NCBI GenBank assembly: GCA_041697335.1
Contig: JBGUGD010000007.1
Span: 1-64,000, forward strand
Length of the DNA stretch: 64,000 bases
From: Vampirovibrionaceae bacterium NZW_1234
GTDB taxonomy: Bacteria; Cyanobacteriota; Vampirovibrionia; Vampirovibrionales; JAGQHJ01
Direction of reading: 5' to 3'
Below the pieces are notes generated by a model. That model did not search any database and was not told the DNA's origin. It saw only the letters and a list, made by a program, of their open reading frames with translations. Shown here piece after piece: positions 40,231 to 49,773 of the stretch. Numbering within the stretch: the first letter of the stretch is position 1; the number at the start of each line of letters is the position of its first letter. A program made the position numbers and the translations under genes.

Positions 40231-40656
40231 ATGAGCAAGATGGGTATTATGGGCCCGCATTTAATGTTCGATTGTCGTCAGGTCAACATTGAAAAATGCA
40301 GTGACCTGAATTATATTTGGGAATTTCTGAACACCATGCCGGACCTGCTGGGGATGACTAAAATCACACAGCCCTATGTCTTCCCCTATAGCGGTTTAAT
40401 TCCTGAGGATGAAGGAGTAACGGGGACAGTGGTTATAGCAGAATCCCACTTAGCATTTCATTCCTTTACTCGGAAAGACTATTTCTTTTTCGATATTTTT
40501 AGCTGCAAACCTTTTGATATAGAGGCTGCGAAACAATACGTCTTTTCGACATTTGATGTTCAGGATTATGACGTCCACTACATCGAACGAGGACGTTACT
40601 TTCCTCGCTCAGAATTGTCAAACTATTTTCGCGAGAGCATGATTGCGTTACCCTAA
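40231..40656 (+). CDS. speD: pyruvoyl-dependent S-adenosylmethionine decarboxylase-family proenzyme
   Basis: G.HL..D, GVTGTVVIAE|SHLAFHSF (self-cleavage site), DIFSCKPFD, ERG. Confidence 0.85.
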   Translation: MSKMGIMGPHLMFDCRQVNIEKCSDLNYIWEFLNTMPDLLGMTKITQPYVFPYSGLIPEDEGVTGTVVIAESHLAFHSFTRKDYFFFDIFSCKPFDIEAAKQYVFSTFDVQDYDVHYIERGRYFPRSELSNYFRESMIALP

Positions 40657-41199
40657 GTGATCATACTTGTGGTGGATTAGTCCAATACTATTATTCACGA
40701 GTTTTTGAGTCTGTTTAGTGTGTATCACATTACTGGTCACAAGTGAAGCACTATGTAGACCCTGTCTAAAACCAAACGTCTGAATTTAATATCTTTTTTG
40801 GGGATTTTTATGATTTTTAGTTAGAGATTCGGTGAGTTCTAACAAAAATTATCCTTCCCTCTTTTTAGCAGCTTTTTTGCGGGAGAGTTACCCTTCTGGT
40901 TTCCTCCTTTTCTGGGCTAGTATCCTATTTTTGTAGGCTGTCTTTACTATCAGGCAAAAGACTAATTTCTTAATAAATATCTAATTATAAATAAACAATT
41001 ATTATTTCATCTTGATTTTTGAAACCTCCAAGACCCTCTTCCCTCCTGGATTATCTGTAGATTTGAGGTTCGAGCAAAGAAATTTGATACTGATTTCTGT
41101 TAAGTAGTTGAGGAATATCTGACACAAAAAAATAGATACCCGTTTTTATATAAACACGGATAGATTAAAGGGTTATTGGGCACTAGGTCGGAGGATGAT

Positions 41200-43140
41200 A
41201 TGACACTTGCCAGTTCGACGCAAAGTCGAATTCCGTTATGGGATCGGCGTGATGATATATTGTTGCAGAAGCCTCCTGTTCTTCCTCAGAGGTCTGCGCC
41301 ACAAGATATTTTTCCAGGTCTTGCACTGCCTGAATTTCGGATTCCCGAGATTAAAATTCCTGATGTTAGTATTCCCGAACGTTATGTCCGCCCTGTTCGT
41401 AACTTCGTTCGGGATGTTAGTGAAGGGGTTCGAGATGTGATTGAACTCCAGAAGACTGTTGAGCAAGTAGAGCGCCGTCGGATAGAACTACAGCAACAAA
41501 TTCGACAGGAAGAGCAGTCGCGACAAGAAGCAATGGAACGTGCCACACGTCGGGTGCAGCGGTATCTTGACCGTCATCCTAACGTGGTCAGTCCATGTGA
41601 GTCGCCGAGTCTGTTGATTGAAAGTAGCCCAGAGGCTCTAAGAGAGCGTTTTAGCGGACATCCTAAACTTTTGCAACGTCTTCTGGCTTTGCGTGAGCTT
41701 ACGAATTCTACGGCCAGTCAAGATCGGTTAGCGCGGTGGCAAGGGGAATTGGAAATTGCCAATTATGAATATGACTTTGCTCGAGAGCAGTTATCTGCTA
41801 GAACTAATCCGGGCCATAATACGGAAGCCCGTCGGAGTCGGATTAAAGAGCTACATGCTCAATATATACCAGTTCGCGAACAACTCCTTCGTACCGAGCG
41901 GACAATTGCTGAGTTAACACATCGCCAATCCCGGATTGAGCGTGAAAGAGCAAACTCTCAGCGTGAATATGAAACGGAACGACAACGTCTTCAAAAGCAG
42001 GCTGATGATCTCATCAATACACTTAGTTTTCCAGGAGAAAGCCCAGAGCGTGCTGCACAGTTACGAACAGAATATCGTGAGTATTTTCGGACTCACTCGA
42101 TTTCTGAAATTCGGATTGAAGGTGGAGATGTTGCACCGGATGTGGTTGATAGGGTTGCTGTGCCCTTTAAGCGAATAATGAGTCAATTGGAAAGTCTGGA
42201 ACGTGAGCGTAATGAAAACCGCTCATCTGTTGATAGAATGACTAGTGAAGTGAATCGAGACTTGGTTGCAGAGAGAACTCGCCGTACGGAGTTGATTTCC
42301 GAGGCTCGTAGATTATCACGAGAGCTTTCCATCTTGGAGCCACAGTTTCGTCTTGATTCACAGGACAGTCGACTGAGAAACCGTTGGCCTCAAAATACAC
42401 AGGTTCATGCCACGAGTAGTGGTTCTCAGTATTCAATTTTCTTTCCTGGTGATGAGGAGCCCAACAATTACTTTAATCAACTCACAAGAAATATGAGAAC
42501 AGCTAAAACTTTTGATGAAGCTATTCGGCAAACAGAGCGGACCATTCAATATTATCCAGGTAGTGCCCAAGTTCGCGGTCAAGGTGCACAAACTCCCATG
42601 TCTTCAACACCACCAGCAGATGGGGGGTGGGATACAAGGCAGAATCGTCCACGCCGTATTTTGATAGTCATGGGTGATGGTGCTGACATTGCTGAAAACA
42701 ATGAAGCAACGAGCCGTCAGATCATTGAAATGGCCCGTACTCGCTTTGGTGTTCCTGCAGAAAATATTCAAATCCTGAGACGTCCCACTCGGACTCACTT
42801 GACAGAAGCATTTGAAAATATGCGAGATTTTGCTACCAATAATGACAATGCCGAGTCTATGGTTCTCATGTTGGGACATGGTCGCTCCAATGGTTTGGAA
42901 GCCGGATTAACTGCCGAGAATGGTTACCAGCAAGGTGCAAACAACGGCTCGATAAGAATGCGTTCTCCACAGGGGCCAATGGCAGGATATACCTTACAAG
43001 AAAGCGAACTCAAAGAGTTATTTAATACCTACATGTCCGGTTTTCGTGTGAACCGATTAATTGTGGACTCCTGTTTCGCGGGTGATTTCCTTGCTCAAGC
43101 TCCGGGCCGTAGAGACTCCTTATCTGCCTCAGTAGCATAG
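41200..43140 (+). CDS. long coiled-coil protein with C-terminal caspase-like (clan CD) protease domain
   Basis: RRILIVMG...ENIQIL..PT...L.EAF...SMVLMLGHG (His)...RLIVDSCFAG (Cys); GGAGG RBS before ATG 41200. Confidence 0.75.
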   Translation: MTLASSTQSRIPLWDRRDDILLQKPPVLPQRSAPQDIFPGLALPEFRIPEIKIPDVSIPERYVRPVRNFVRDVSEGVRDVIELQKTVEQVERRRIELQQQIRQEEQSRQEAMERATRRVQRYLDRHPNVVSPCESPSLLIESSPEALRERFSGHPKLLQRLLALRELTNSTASQDRLARWQGELEIANYEYDFAREQLSARTNPGHNTEARRSRIKELHAQYIPVREQLLRTERTIAELTHRQSRIERERANSQREYETERQRLQKQADDLINTLSFPGESPERAAQLRTEYREYFRTHSISEIRIEGGDVAPDVVDRVAVPFKRIMSQLESLERERNENRSSVDRMTSEVNRDLVAERTRRTELISEARRLSRELSILEPQFRLDSQDSRLRNRWPQNTQVHATSSGSQYSIFFPGDEEPNNYFNQLTRNMRTAKTFDEAIRQTERTIQYYPGSAQVRGQGAQTPMSSTPPADGGWDTRQNRPRRILIVMGDGADIAENNEATSRQIIEMARTRFGVPAENIQILRRPTRTHLTEAFENMRDFATNNDNAESMVLMLGHGRSNGLEAGLTAENGYQQGANNGSIRMRSPQGPMAGYTLQESELKELFNTYMSGFRVNRLIVDSCFAGDFLAQAPGRRDSLSASVA

Positions 43141-43230
43141 AAATTTTATACTAGCCTTTTCGAGGTTAAATTTATCTTGTGATACGATAGAGACAACCTC
43201 AAGTCTTATCGTTGGTTGCGAGGCCATTGT

Positions 43231-43917
43231 ATGGACCCTTCATTTCCGATTGTGCGGATTGAACAGGTTTCAAAATATTACCCTGCTCATCAGGTGAAAG
43301 CGCTTCAGTCCATCTCGCTTCAGATTCAGGTGGGGGAACGGGTGGCCCTGGTGGGTTCTAGTGGTTCCGGGAAAACAACGTTATTAAACTTGATTGGCTT
43401 GATTGATACTTTTGATCAGGGTGAGATTTTTTTTGAGGAGAAGCCTCTGTCTTGCTTGTCAGAGGCCGAGCGCACGAATCTGCGACGGGCCCGTATTGGA
43501 TTCATATTTCAGTTTTTTAATCTATTACCAACATTGACTGTATTCGAAAATGTTGCATTACCCTTGCAGTTAAATGGTCTGCGTCAAAAAAAGCAGATTC
43601 AACTTCAAGTGAATGACATGTTGGCCCAAGTTGATCTGTCCGAGAGGGCCTCATTTTTTCCACATCAATTGTCAGGAGGGCAAATGCAGCGTGTTGCTAT
43701 TGCCCGAGCCTTGGTGCATAGGCCTGTCCTGGTTATTGCTGATGAACCGACCGGTAATTTGGACAGTGAAACCGGTCATGAAATCTTGGGGCTTCTGGAG
43801 CGCTCCTGCCAAGAGAATGGCCAAACCCTGGTAATGGCAACTCACAGTGCTGAAGCAACCCGGATCTGCAACCGACAGATCCGAATCCATGATGGCAAAC
43901 AGGCCCACAACCTATGA
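43231..43917 (+). CDS. ABC transporter ATP-binding protein (LolD/AttE-like)
   Basis: [42 protein letters not shown]. Confidence 0.95.
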   Translation: MDPSFPIVRIEQVSKYYPAHQVKALQSISLQIQVGERVALVGSSGSGKTTLLNLIGLIDTFDQGEIFFEEKPLSCLSEAERTNLRRARIGFIFQFFNLLPTLTVFENVALPLQLNGLRQKKQIQLQVNDMLAQVDLSERASFFPHQLSGGQMQRVAIARALVHRPVLVIADEPTGNLDSETGHEILGLLERSCQENGQTLVMATHSAEATRICNRQIRIHDGKQAHNL

Positions 43918-46493
43918 GCTTCTTTTTAACTCAGGCCCTGGTGTTTCGAAATTTGGCCCAAAATCCGCTTCGGACCCTATTTACAGTGATGGGAATTGCG
44001 CTTGGGGTAGCTGTGTTTCTGGCCATTCAGCTTTTAAACCGATCGGCTCTGGCCGAGTTTGAAAAGAGCGTGACGTTTTTGAGTGGGGACAGTAATCTTG
44101 AAATTGTATCTGAGACGGGCCAGCTCTTTGATGAGCATATCTTATCGGGCTTAACCTGGCTTTGGCACGAAAACAGTCGATACACACCAGTTGTCTCTTT
44201 CGTGGCCGCACTTGTCTCCAAAGTTGAGCGTGATGAACCAGAATTAGTTGAGGTCCTGGGGCTTGATTTCATGCGGGATACGCCATTGGAAGGGTGGGAA
44301 TTTACGCAGGAAGGGACGCCCAAGGATTTTCTCGATATTTTTAAAGCCAATTGTGTTTATGTTTCTGAAGGGTTTGCCCGGGCTCATGGCATTCGGCTGG
44401 GCGATACGCTTCCCTTGCAGCTGACCGATAGCCAAGAGAATGTCAAGGTTTCGGGTATTTATCGGACAAACAGCGGGACGGCATCCATAGCTCAGAATTT
44501 AATCTTGGGTGATATCAGCGTTATTCAAGATCTGTTTCATCAGCCGGAGCGGATTAACCGTATTCAACTCACCGTACCATCTCATGAGGTATCTTTGTTT
44601 CAGAAACGATTACAAGCTCAGATGCACCCTGGTCTTGTGGTACAGACTCTGGCCGAACGCCAGAAGCAGCTTGAAAAAATGCTGGCATCTTTTCATATCA
44701 ATCTTCAGGCATTGAGTATGGTGTCTTTGTTGGTCGGCATGTTTCTGATTTACAACACAATGTCGATTTCAATTCTCCGCCGACGGGTGGAAATTGGAAC
44801 ACTTAGAACGTTAGGCTTAACCCGAGGGCAGATATTTCGGCTTTTCCTAACAGAAGCCTCGGTGTTGGGCATTATCGGTATGGCACTCGGTGTCGCACTT
44901 GGGGTTGGTCTGGCTCAGGGTGGGATGGCCGGTGTGTCAAAAACATTGCAGACCGTTTATGGTGCATCCCCACTCAGACAATTGGATCTGTCATGGGTTT
45001 TGTTGAGCATCTCGGGTCTTGTAGGCTTTCTAGTGACCCTCCTGGCCGCATTTCCGCCTATTTGGGAAGCGACTCAGGTTCAACCGGCTTTGGCCAGCAG
45101 ACCCTCTGAGGAAAGCACTCGGGCGCAAAAACGGGCTTGGCCATTATTGGGAGTGGGATTGCTTTTTTTGCTTCTTGCAGCCTGGGCCTGTACATGGCCA
45201 AGTGTTGATCGGATTCCTGTTGGCGGCTATGCGGCTGCCTTTTTATTAATGCTGGGCTTCGCCGCCATGACACCGTTTGTTGTGTTACAGACCGCACGAT
45301 TGATCAAATTTGTTGCTGAACAGATGAGCTTTTGGCGACTTCAGTTGGCGTTTGCCAATCTTCAACGTGCCTTGGCGAAGACCAGTGTTGCCGTCGCCAG
45401 CCTGATGGTCAGTGTTGCATTGGTGGTGAGTATTGCGACCATGGTGGGGAGTTTTCGCTCCACGGTTACGGATTGGGTGAACCAAACCCTGAAGGCCGAT
45501 TTGTTTATTGAACCCACCCTGCGAACCTATTCCCCATCTGCCCCCGGTCTTTCTCCAGAGATTGTGGCCTCGATCAAAAAATTGCCTGGGGTTGAAGCTG
45601 TGGATGATTTTGTGGAGAGACCGATCTCGTTTCGAGGTGAACCAACACGCTTGGGAGCCGGAAATTTTCAGGTACTTCAGCGTTACGGCAACCTTCGCTT
45701 TGTCGGTGGCCAATCCCACCAAAGTGTGTTTGAACGGGTGGTTTCTTCCCCTCACAATATTGTGGTGAGTGAAAGTTTTGCCACCCGTTTTAATATCCGG
45801 CCGGGGCAAATGCTCTCATTACCGACTCCCAGAGGACCATTACGTCTTGAAATTGGGGGTGTTTATTACGATTATGCCAGTGAGCTGGGTTATATCGTTA
45901 TGGATAAAGCCCTTTATCGACAGTATTTTAATGATGCCTCCAGCACCAGTATGGCTGTTTATCTGGCACACGGTGAAGAACCCGAACAATTACGCCAACG
46001 AATATTAAATACCATCGGTAAAACCGTTCCTCTGACCATTCGTCAAAACCGAGAATTGCGTCATGAGGTGCTTCGGATCTTCGACAACACCTTTGCCATT
46101 ACCAACGTTTTGTTGATTATTTCGATTGTCATTGCGGCACTATCCGTGGCCATTACCTTGTTCACCCTGGTGTTGGAATTGGAAGCCCATTTGACGTTGC
46201 TTCGGTATCTTGGGGCTCAAATCAACGATATCCGTCGCATTATTTTAATCCAGGCGGGTGTTTTTGGTGCTCTTGGAGGCACATTGGGAATTTTGAACGG
46301 GTACTTTCTATCGCTCATTCTGATCTTTATCATTAATAAGCAGGCCTTTGGATGGACTCTATTTTTTGAATGGTCCTGGGTCTTTATTATCAAGTTGTTT
46401 CTCGCCTTGCTGGTTGGTTCCGTTGCGGCTGGCTGGATCCCTGCTCAAAAGCAGGTGACCTTGTTGAAACCGGAGGTGCTTCGTCGTGCGTAA
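43914..46493 (+). CDS. duplicated FtsX/MacB-type ABC permease (AttFG-like)
   Basis: Two MacB-periplasmic plus FtsX repeats (RRRVEIGTLRTLG; LLRYLGA); ATGA overlap. Confidence 0.9.
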   Translation: MSFFLTQALVFRNLAQNPLRTLFTVMGIALGVAVFLAIQLLNRSALAEFEKSVTFLSGDSNLEIVSETGQLFDEHILSGLTWLWHENSRYTPVVSFVAALVSKVERDEPELVEVLGLDFMRDTPLEGWEFTQEGTPKDFLDIFKANCVYVSEGFARAHGIRLGDTLPLQLTDSQENVKVSGIYRTNSGTASIAQNLILGDISVIQDLFHQPERINRIQLTVPSHEVSLFQKRLQAQMHPGLVVQTLAERQKQLEKMLASFHINLQALSMVSLLVGMFLIYNTMSISILRRRVEIGTLRTLGLTRGQIFRLFLTEASVLGIIGMALGVALGVGLAQGGMAGVSKTLQTVYGASPLRQLDLSWVLLSISGLVGFLVTLLAAFPPIWEATQVQPALASRPSEESTRAQKRAWPLLGVGLLFLLLAAWACTWPSVDRIPVGGYAAAFLLMLGFAAMTPFVVLQTARLIKFVAEQMSFWRLQLAFANLQRALAKTSVAVASLMVSVALVVSIATMVGSFRSTVTDWVNQTLKADLFIEPTLRTYSPSAPGLSPEIVASIKKLPGVEAVDDFVERPISFRGEPTRLGAGNFQVLQRYGNLRFVGGQSHQSVFERVVSSPHNIVVSESFATRFNIRPGQMLSLPTPRGPLRLEIGGVYYDYASELGYIVMDKALYRQYFNDASSTSMAVYLAHGEEPEQLRQRILNTIGKTVPLTIRQNRELRHEVLRIFDNTFAITNVLLIISIVIAALSVAITLFTLVLELEAHLTLLRYLGAQINDIRRIILIQAGVFGALGGTLGILNGYFLSLILIFIINKQAFGWTLFFEWSWVFIIKLFLALLVGSVAAGWIPAQKQVTLLKPEVLRRA

Positions 46494-47595
46494 GCTTTAT
46501 CTGCTGTTCGGTGCCATCATCACATTGCTCTTGGTGAGCGGTATTTCAACGGCCGTATCTCAGTCGCCGTTTACTCTTGCGCTGCCCGGCTATCAATTTC
46601 ACTTTCCGAGGGACCACGCTTCTCACGATACTTTCAAAACCGAGTGGTGGTACTATACAGGGTATTTGAAAGCTGAGAATGGCCATCGGTACGGGTATGA
46701 ACTGACGTTTTTTCGCACCAACCCGGGCATCATCCATCTGCCGCAAAAGACCCGGTGGGCTCTTAAAAATGTCTATCTTACCCATTTTGCAATTACCGAT
46801 GAAACCGGCCGAAAATTCTTTCATCACCAGTTTCGCAACCGCCCTGGTTACCACGTGGCAGGAGCTGAAACAGCCCGCTATCACGTCTGGAATCAAAATG
46901 CTCAGGTCAGGCTTGTCGGGCAACATCATGAGCTCCAGGTCAATACGCCGGAGTTTGGATTGGCACTTCGTCTTGATCCGGCAAAACCCCCCGTCATTCA
47001 CGGACAAAATGGAGTTAGCCAGAAAGCTGGCTGTTATGGCTGTGCCTCTCATTATTATTCGATGACGCGCCTCAAGACTCAGGGAATCTTACGCCAGGGA
47101 AAGACTCCTGTGAGAGTGACCGGACTTTCCTGGATGGATCATGAGTTTGGTAGTAACCAGTTGGGTTCCGATCAAGTGGGTTGGGATTGGTTTAGCGTTC
47201 AGCTGGAAGACCAAACGGAGCTGATGCTTTACCAGCTTCGGTTGAAAAATGGGCAGATTGATCCTCATTCCAGCGGTACTTGGGTAGAGGCTTCAGGTAA
47301 GGCACATCACCTGGATCGTAAGGCGTTTCGGATCCGAGTGTTGGATCACTGGAAAAGTCCGGATACAGGTGGTCGCTACCCCAGTCTGTGGCAAGTGGAG
47401 ATTCCCAGTAAAAAGCTATCGCTTCGGATTACACCTACGTATTCTCGCCAGGAATTGGTGGCGCCAGAAAACTCCGGCTTAAGCTATTGGGAGGGGAGTT
47501 GTCGTGTCACAGGACATCTGTCAGAAAAACCCATAATGGGCCGGGCGTATGTTGAAATGACCGGGTACGCAGAGCGGTTTCGCCAAAAGATCTGA
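46486..47595 (+). CDS. secreted lipocalin-like AttH / CrtC-like protein
   Basis: Signal peptide; FPRDH..H..F..EWWYYTG, SHYYS, WMDHEF, GWDWF, YWEG, YVEMTGY. Confidence 0.9.
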   Translation: MRKLYLLFGAIITLLLVSGISTAVSQSPFTLALPGYQFHFPRDHASHDTFKTEWWYYTGYLKAENGHRYGYELTFFRTNPGIIHLPQKTRWALKNVYLTHFAITDETGRKFFHHQFRNRPGYHVAGAETARYHVWNQNAQVRLVGQHHELQVNTPEFGLALRLDPAKPPVIHGQNGVSQKAGCYGCASHYYSMTRLKTQGILRQGKTPVRVTGLSWMDHEFGSNQLGSDQVGWDWFSVQLEDQTELMLYQLRLKNGQIDPHSSGTWVEASGKAHHLDRKAFRIRVLDHWKSPDTGGRYPSLWQVEIPSKKLSLRITPTYSRQELVAPENSGLSYWEGSCRVTGHLSEKPIMGRAYVEMTGYAERFRQKI

Positions 47596-47783
47596 AGTCG
47601 TGGAGTGGCAATACTTTAAAATACCGTTCTCAAGCGTAATCTAAAATTAGCCCGGTCTTTTTAGTTACTCAGGTAAGGAGAAGTCTTTTTGATGCTCCTA
47701 GAATGAGGCCAGTGATGATGTGATTCGCGCGCCTGGCTGAGAATGATGGGTTGCGCTCGACCTGAGAAATAAGGAGAACAGGT

Positions 47784-49001
47784 ATGAAAGCGGTTGTTTG
47801 GCATGGTGTTGGTGATATTCGTTTGGATGAGGTGGCAGAACCTCAAATTGAAGAACCCACCGATGCAATTGTACGGTTAACTGCCAGTGCCATTTGTGGC
47901 ACGGATCTTCATATGATTCGAGGTACTGTCCCAGGAATGCAGCCTGGCCGTATATTAGGGCATGAAGGGGTTGGCATTATCGAAGCCCTGGGGCCGGATG
48001 TCCGCAATTTTCGTGTCGGTGATCGGGTTGTCATTCCCAGTACTATTGCATGTGGTAACTGTGTCTACTGTCGTGACGGGTATTATTCACAGTGTGATCA
48101 GGCTAATCCCAAAGGACCCGCAACGGCCTTTTTTGGAGGGCCTGAGGCTTTTGGAGGCTTTAACGGCTTGCAAGCCGAGAAGGCCAGGGTGCCTTTTGCC
48201 CATGTGAATTTGATTAAGCTCCCCAACGAAATTATTGATGAGCAAGCCATTCTGTTATCGGATATTTTTCCGACAGGTTATTTTGGAGCCGACCTTGCAG
48301 ATATCGAACCTGGCCATACGGTGGCTGTGTTCGGTTGTGGCCCGGTAGGTTTATTTACCATTGTCAGTGCCAAGCTGATGGGGGCAGGTCGGGTGTTAGC
48401 CGTGGATAACATCCCATCTCGCCTAGATAAAGCTCGTGAGCTTGGTGCAGAGGTCATTAACTTTGATGAGGAAGATCCGGTTGAAACCATCAAGCGCTTG
48501 ACCGGCGGGATTGGTGTAGACAGGGCGATTGATGCTGTTGGTGTGGATGCCAACTGTCCTCACCATGGGCCTGGTGTGGAGATGGCGAAACAGCAGGCAC
48601 AGGTGTTTGAGCAAGAGCGCCAGCAACTTGCCCCGGAACAGAATCCCAAAGACGGGAATTGGGAGGTAGGAGACGCTCCCTCTCAGGCTTTGATATGGGC
48701 GGTTGACGCATTGGCCAAGGCAGGTACGCTTTCCATTATTGGTGTTTATCCGCCCAATGCAGAACATTTCCCCATTGGTCGGGCGATGAACAAGAATTTG
48801 ACCATTCGGATGGGAAATTGCAATCACAAAAAGTACATTCCTGAGCTCATTGATCTGGTTCAGGCGGGTGCCCTCGATCCCCTCACCGTGTTAACGGAGG
48901 TTAAGCCGATGAGCGATGCTCTGGACGCGTATAAAGCCTTTGATCGGCGGGAAGCAGGCTGGATTAAAGTAGAGTTGGAGCCTGCTGCCGCTTCCAGCTG
49001 A
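47784..49001 (+). CDS. zinc-dependent alcohol/formaldehyde dehydrogenase-like (MDR family)
   Basis: ICGTDLH, LGHEGVG, CGNCVYC..G..SQC, LSDIFPTG, GCGPVG; AAGGAG RBS. Confidence 0.93.
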   Translation: MKAVVWHGVGDIRLDEVAEPQIEEPTDAIVRLTASAICGTDLHMIRGTVPGMQPGRILGHEGVGIIEALGPDVRNFRVGDRVVIPSTIACGNCVYCRDGYYSQCDQANPKGPATAFFGGPEAFGGFNGLQAEKARVPFAHVNLIKLPNEIIDEQAILLSDIFPTGYFGADLADIEPGHTVAVFGCGPVGLFTIVSAKLMGAGRVLAVDNIPSRLDKARELGAEVINFDEEDPVETIKRLTGGIGVDRAIDAVGVDANCPHHGPGVEMAKQQAQVFEQERQQLAPEQNPKDGNWEVGDAPSQALIWAVDALAKAGTLSIIGVYPPNAEHFPIGRAMNKNLTIRMGNCNHKKYIPELIDLVQAGALDPLTVLTEVKPMSDALDAYKAFDRREAGWIKVELEPAAASS

Positions 49002-49014
49002 GGCATTCTTTGTT

Positions 49015-49752
49015 TCATTTGGATTGGCTTGCATCAACCTGGATAAAATGGCTGGCAATGGCGGCTGTGATATAGCCGAAGACGGCAAAGGCATACACGG
49101 CTAACAACCAGCCCAAGATGCGTCCTTCTACTGTTTTGGGCCAATAATCAGAGCCCATGGTTGTCATCGTCATCGCAGTCCACCAGAGGGCATCTCCATA
49201 GTTCTTGAGACCTGTTCCCAGGGGATAACCTGCTTTATGCACGGCCTCCAGGTTTTCAAAGTGAACCATGCCCGCAGCACCGGACAAGGTGATGGCCAGG
49301 GTCAGTACAAGGACATACATCACACCCCGTCGTTTCCAGGTTCTATGGAGTGCCTGAATACTGCGACGGGTTGATGTGAGCCATCGCAATAAATTAAGGG
49401 AGCGGCTAAACCTTGCGATGTTGATTACTTTTAATGCCGGTACGACTCGAACGATTCGAAAGGCAGGTAGGAGAATGGATAGCGCAGTTAGCCAGTGGTG
49501 TCGGACATAGTCTATACGTTTGGGGGCAATCAGAAGTTCTACTAAAAAGTCGAGAATAAAGATGACCCAGATTCCATAGCCAAGCCATTCCAAAGGGCGA
49601 TTTAGTCCATGGACCAGATCCAGGATGAGTAGACCGAGCCATAGAAAAGAGAGAGCAATCATGATGGGCTGAGTGAGTTTATGAATCTCCGATAATAAGG
49701 CCCATCGTTCTTGCTGATTTATGTGAGCGTGTTTTGAGTTGTTCTTGTGCAT
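49015..49752 (-). CDS. 6TM voltage-sensor-type ion channel with atypical filter
   Basis: S1-S3 helices, Arg-rich S4 (RIVR..KVINIARFSRSLNLLR), pore helix DALWWTAMTMTTMGSDYWPKTVEGR. Confidence 0.85.
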   Translation of the reverse strand: MHKNNSKHAHINQQERWALLSEIHKLTQPIMIALSFLWLGLLILDLVHGLNRPLEWLGYGIWVIFILDFLVELLIAPKRIDYVRHHWLTALSILLPAFRIVRVVPALKVINIARFSRSLNLLRWLTSTRRSIQALHRTWKRRGVMYVLVLTLAITLSGAAGMVHFENLEAVHKAGYPLGTGLKNYGDALWWTAMTMTTMGSDYWPKTVEGRILGWLLAVYAFAVFGYITAAIASHFIQVDASQSK

Positions 49753-49773
49753 AGTGAGTTAGAAAAGGATACC

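Noticed and set aside
40657..41199. Long AT-rich intergenic region as possible ncRNA or CRISPR leader
   Set aside because: No repeat-spacer array, tRNA-like fold or strong hairpin series seen
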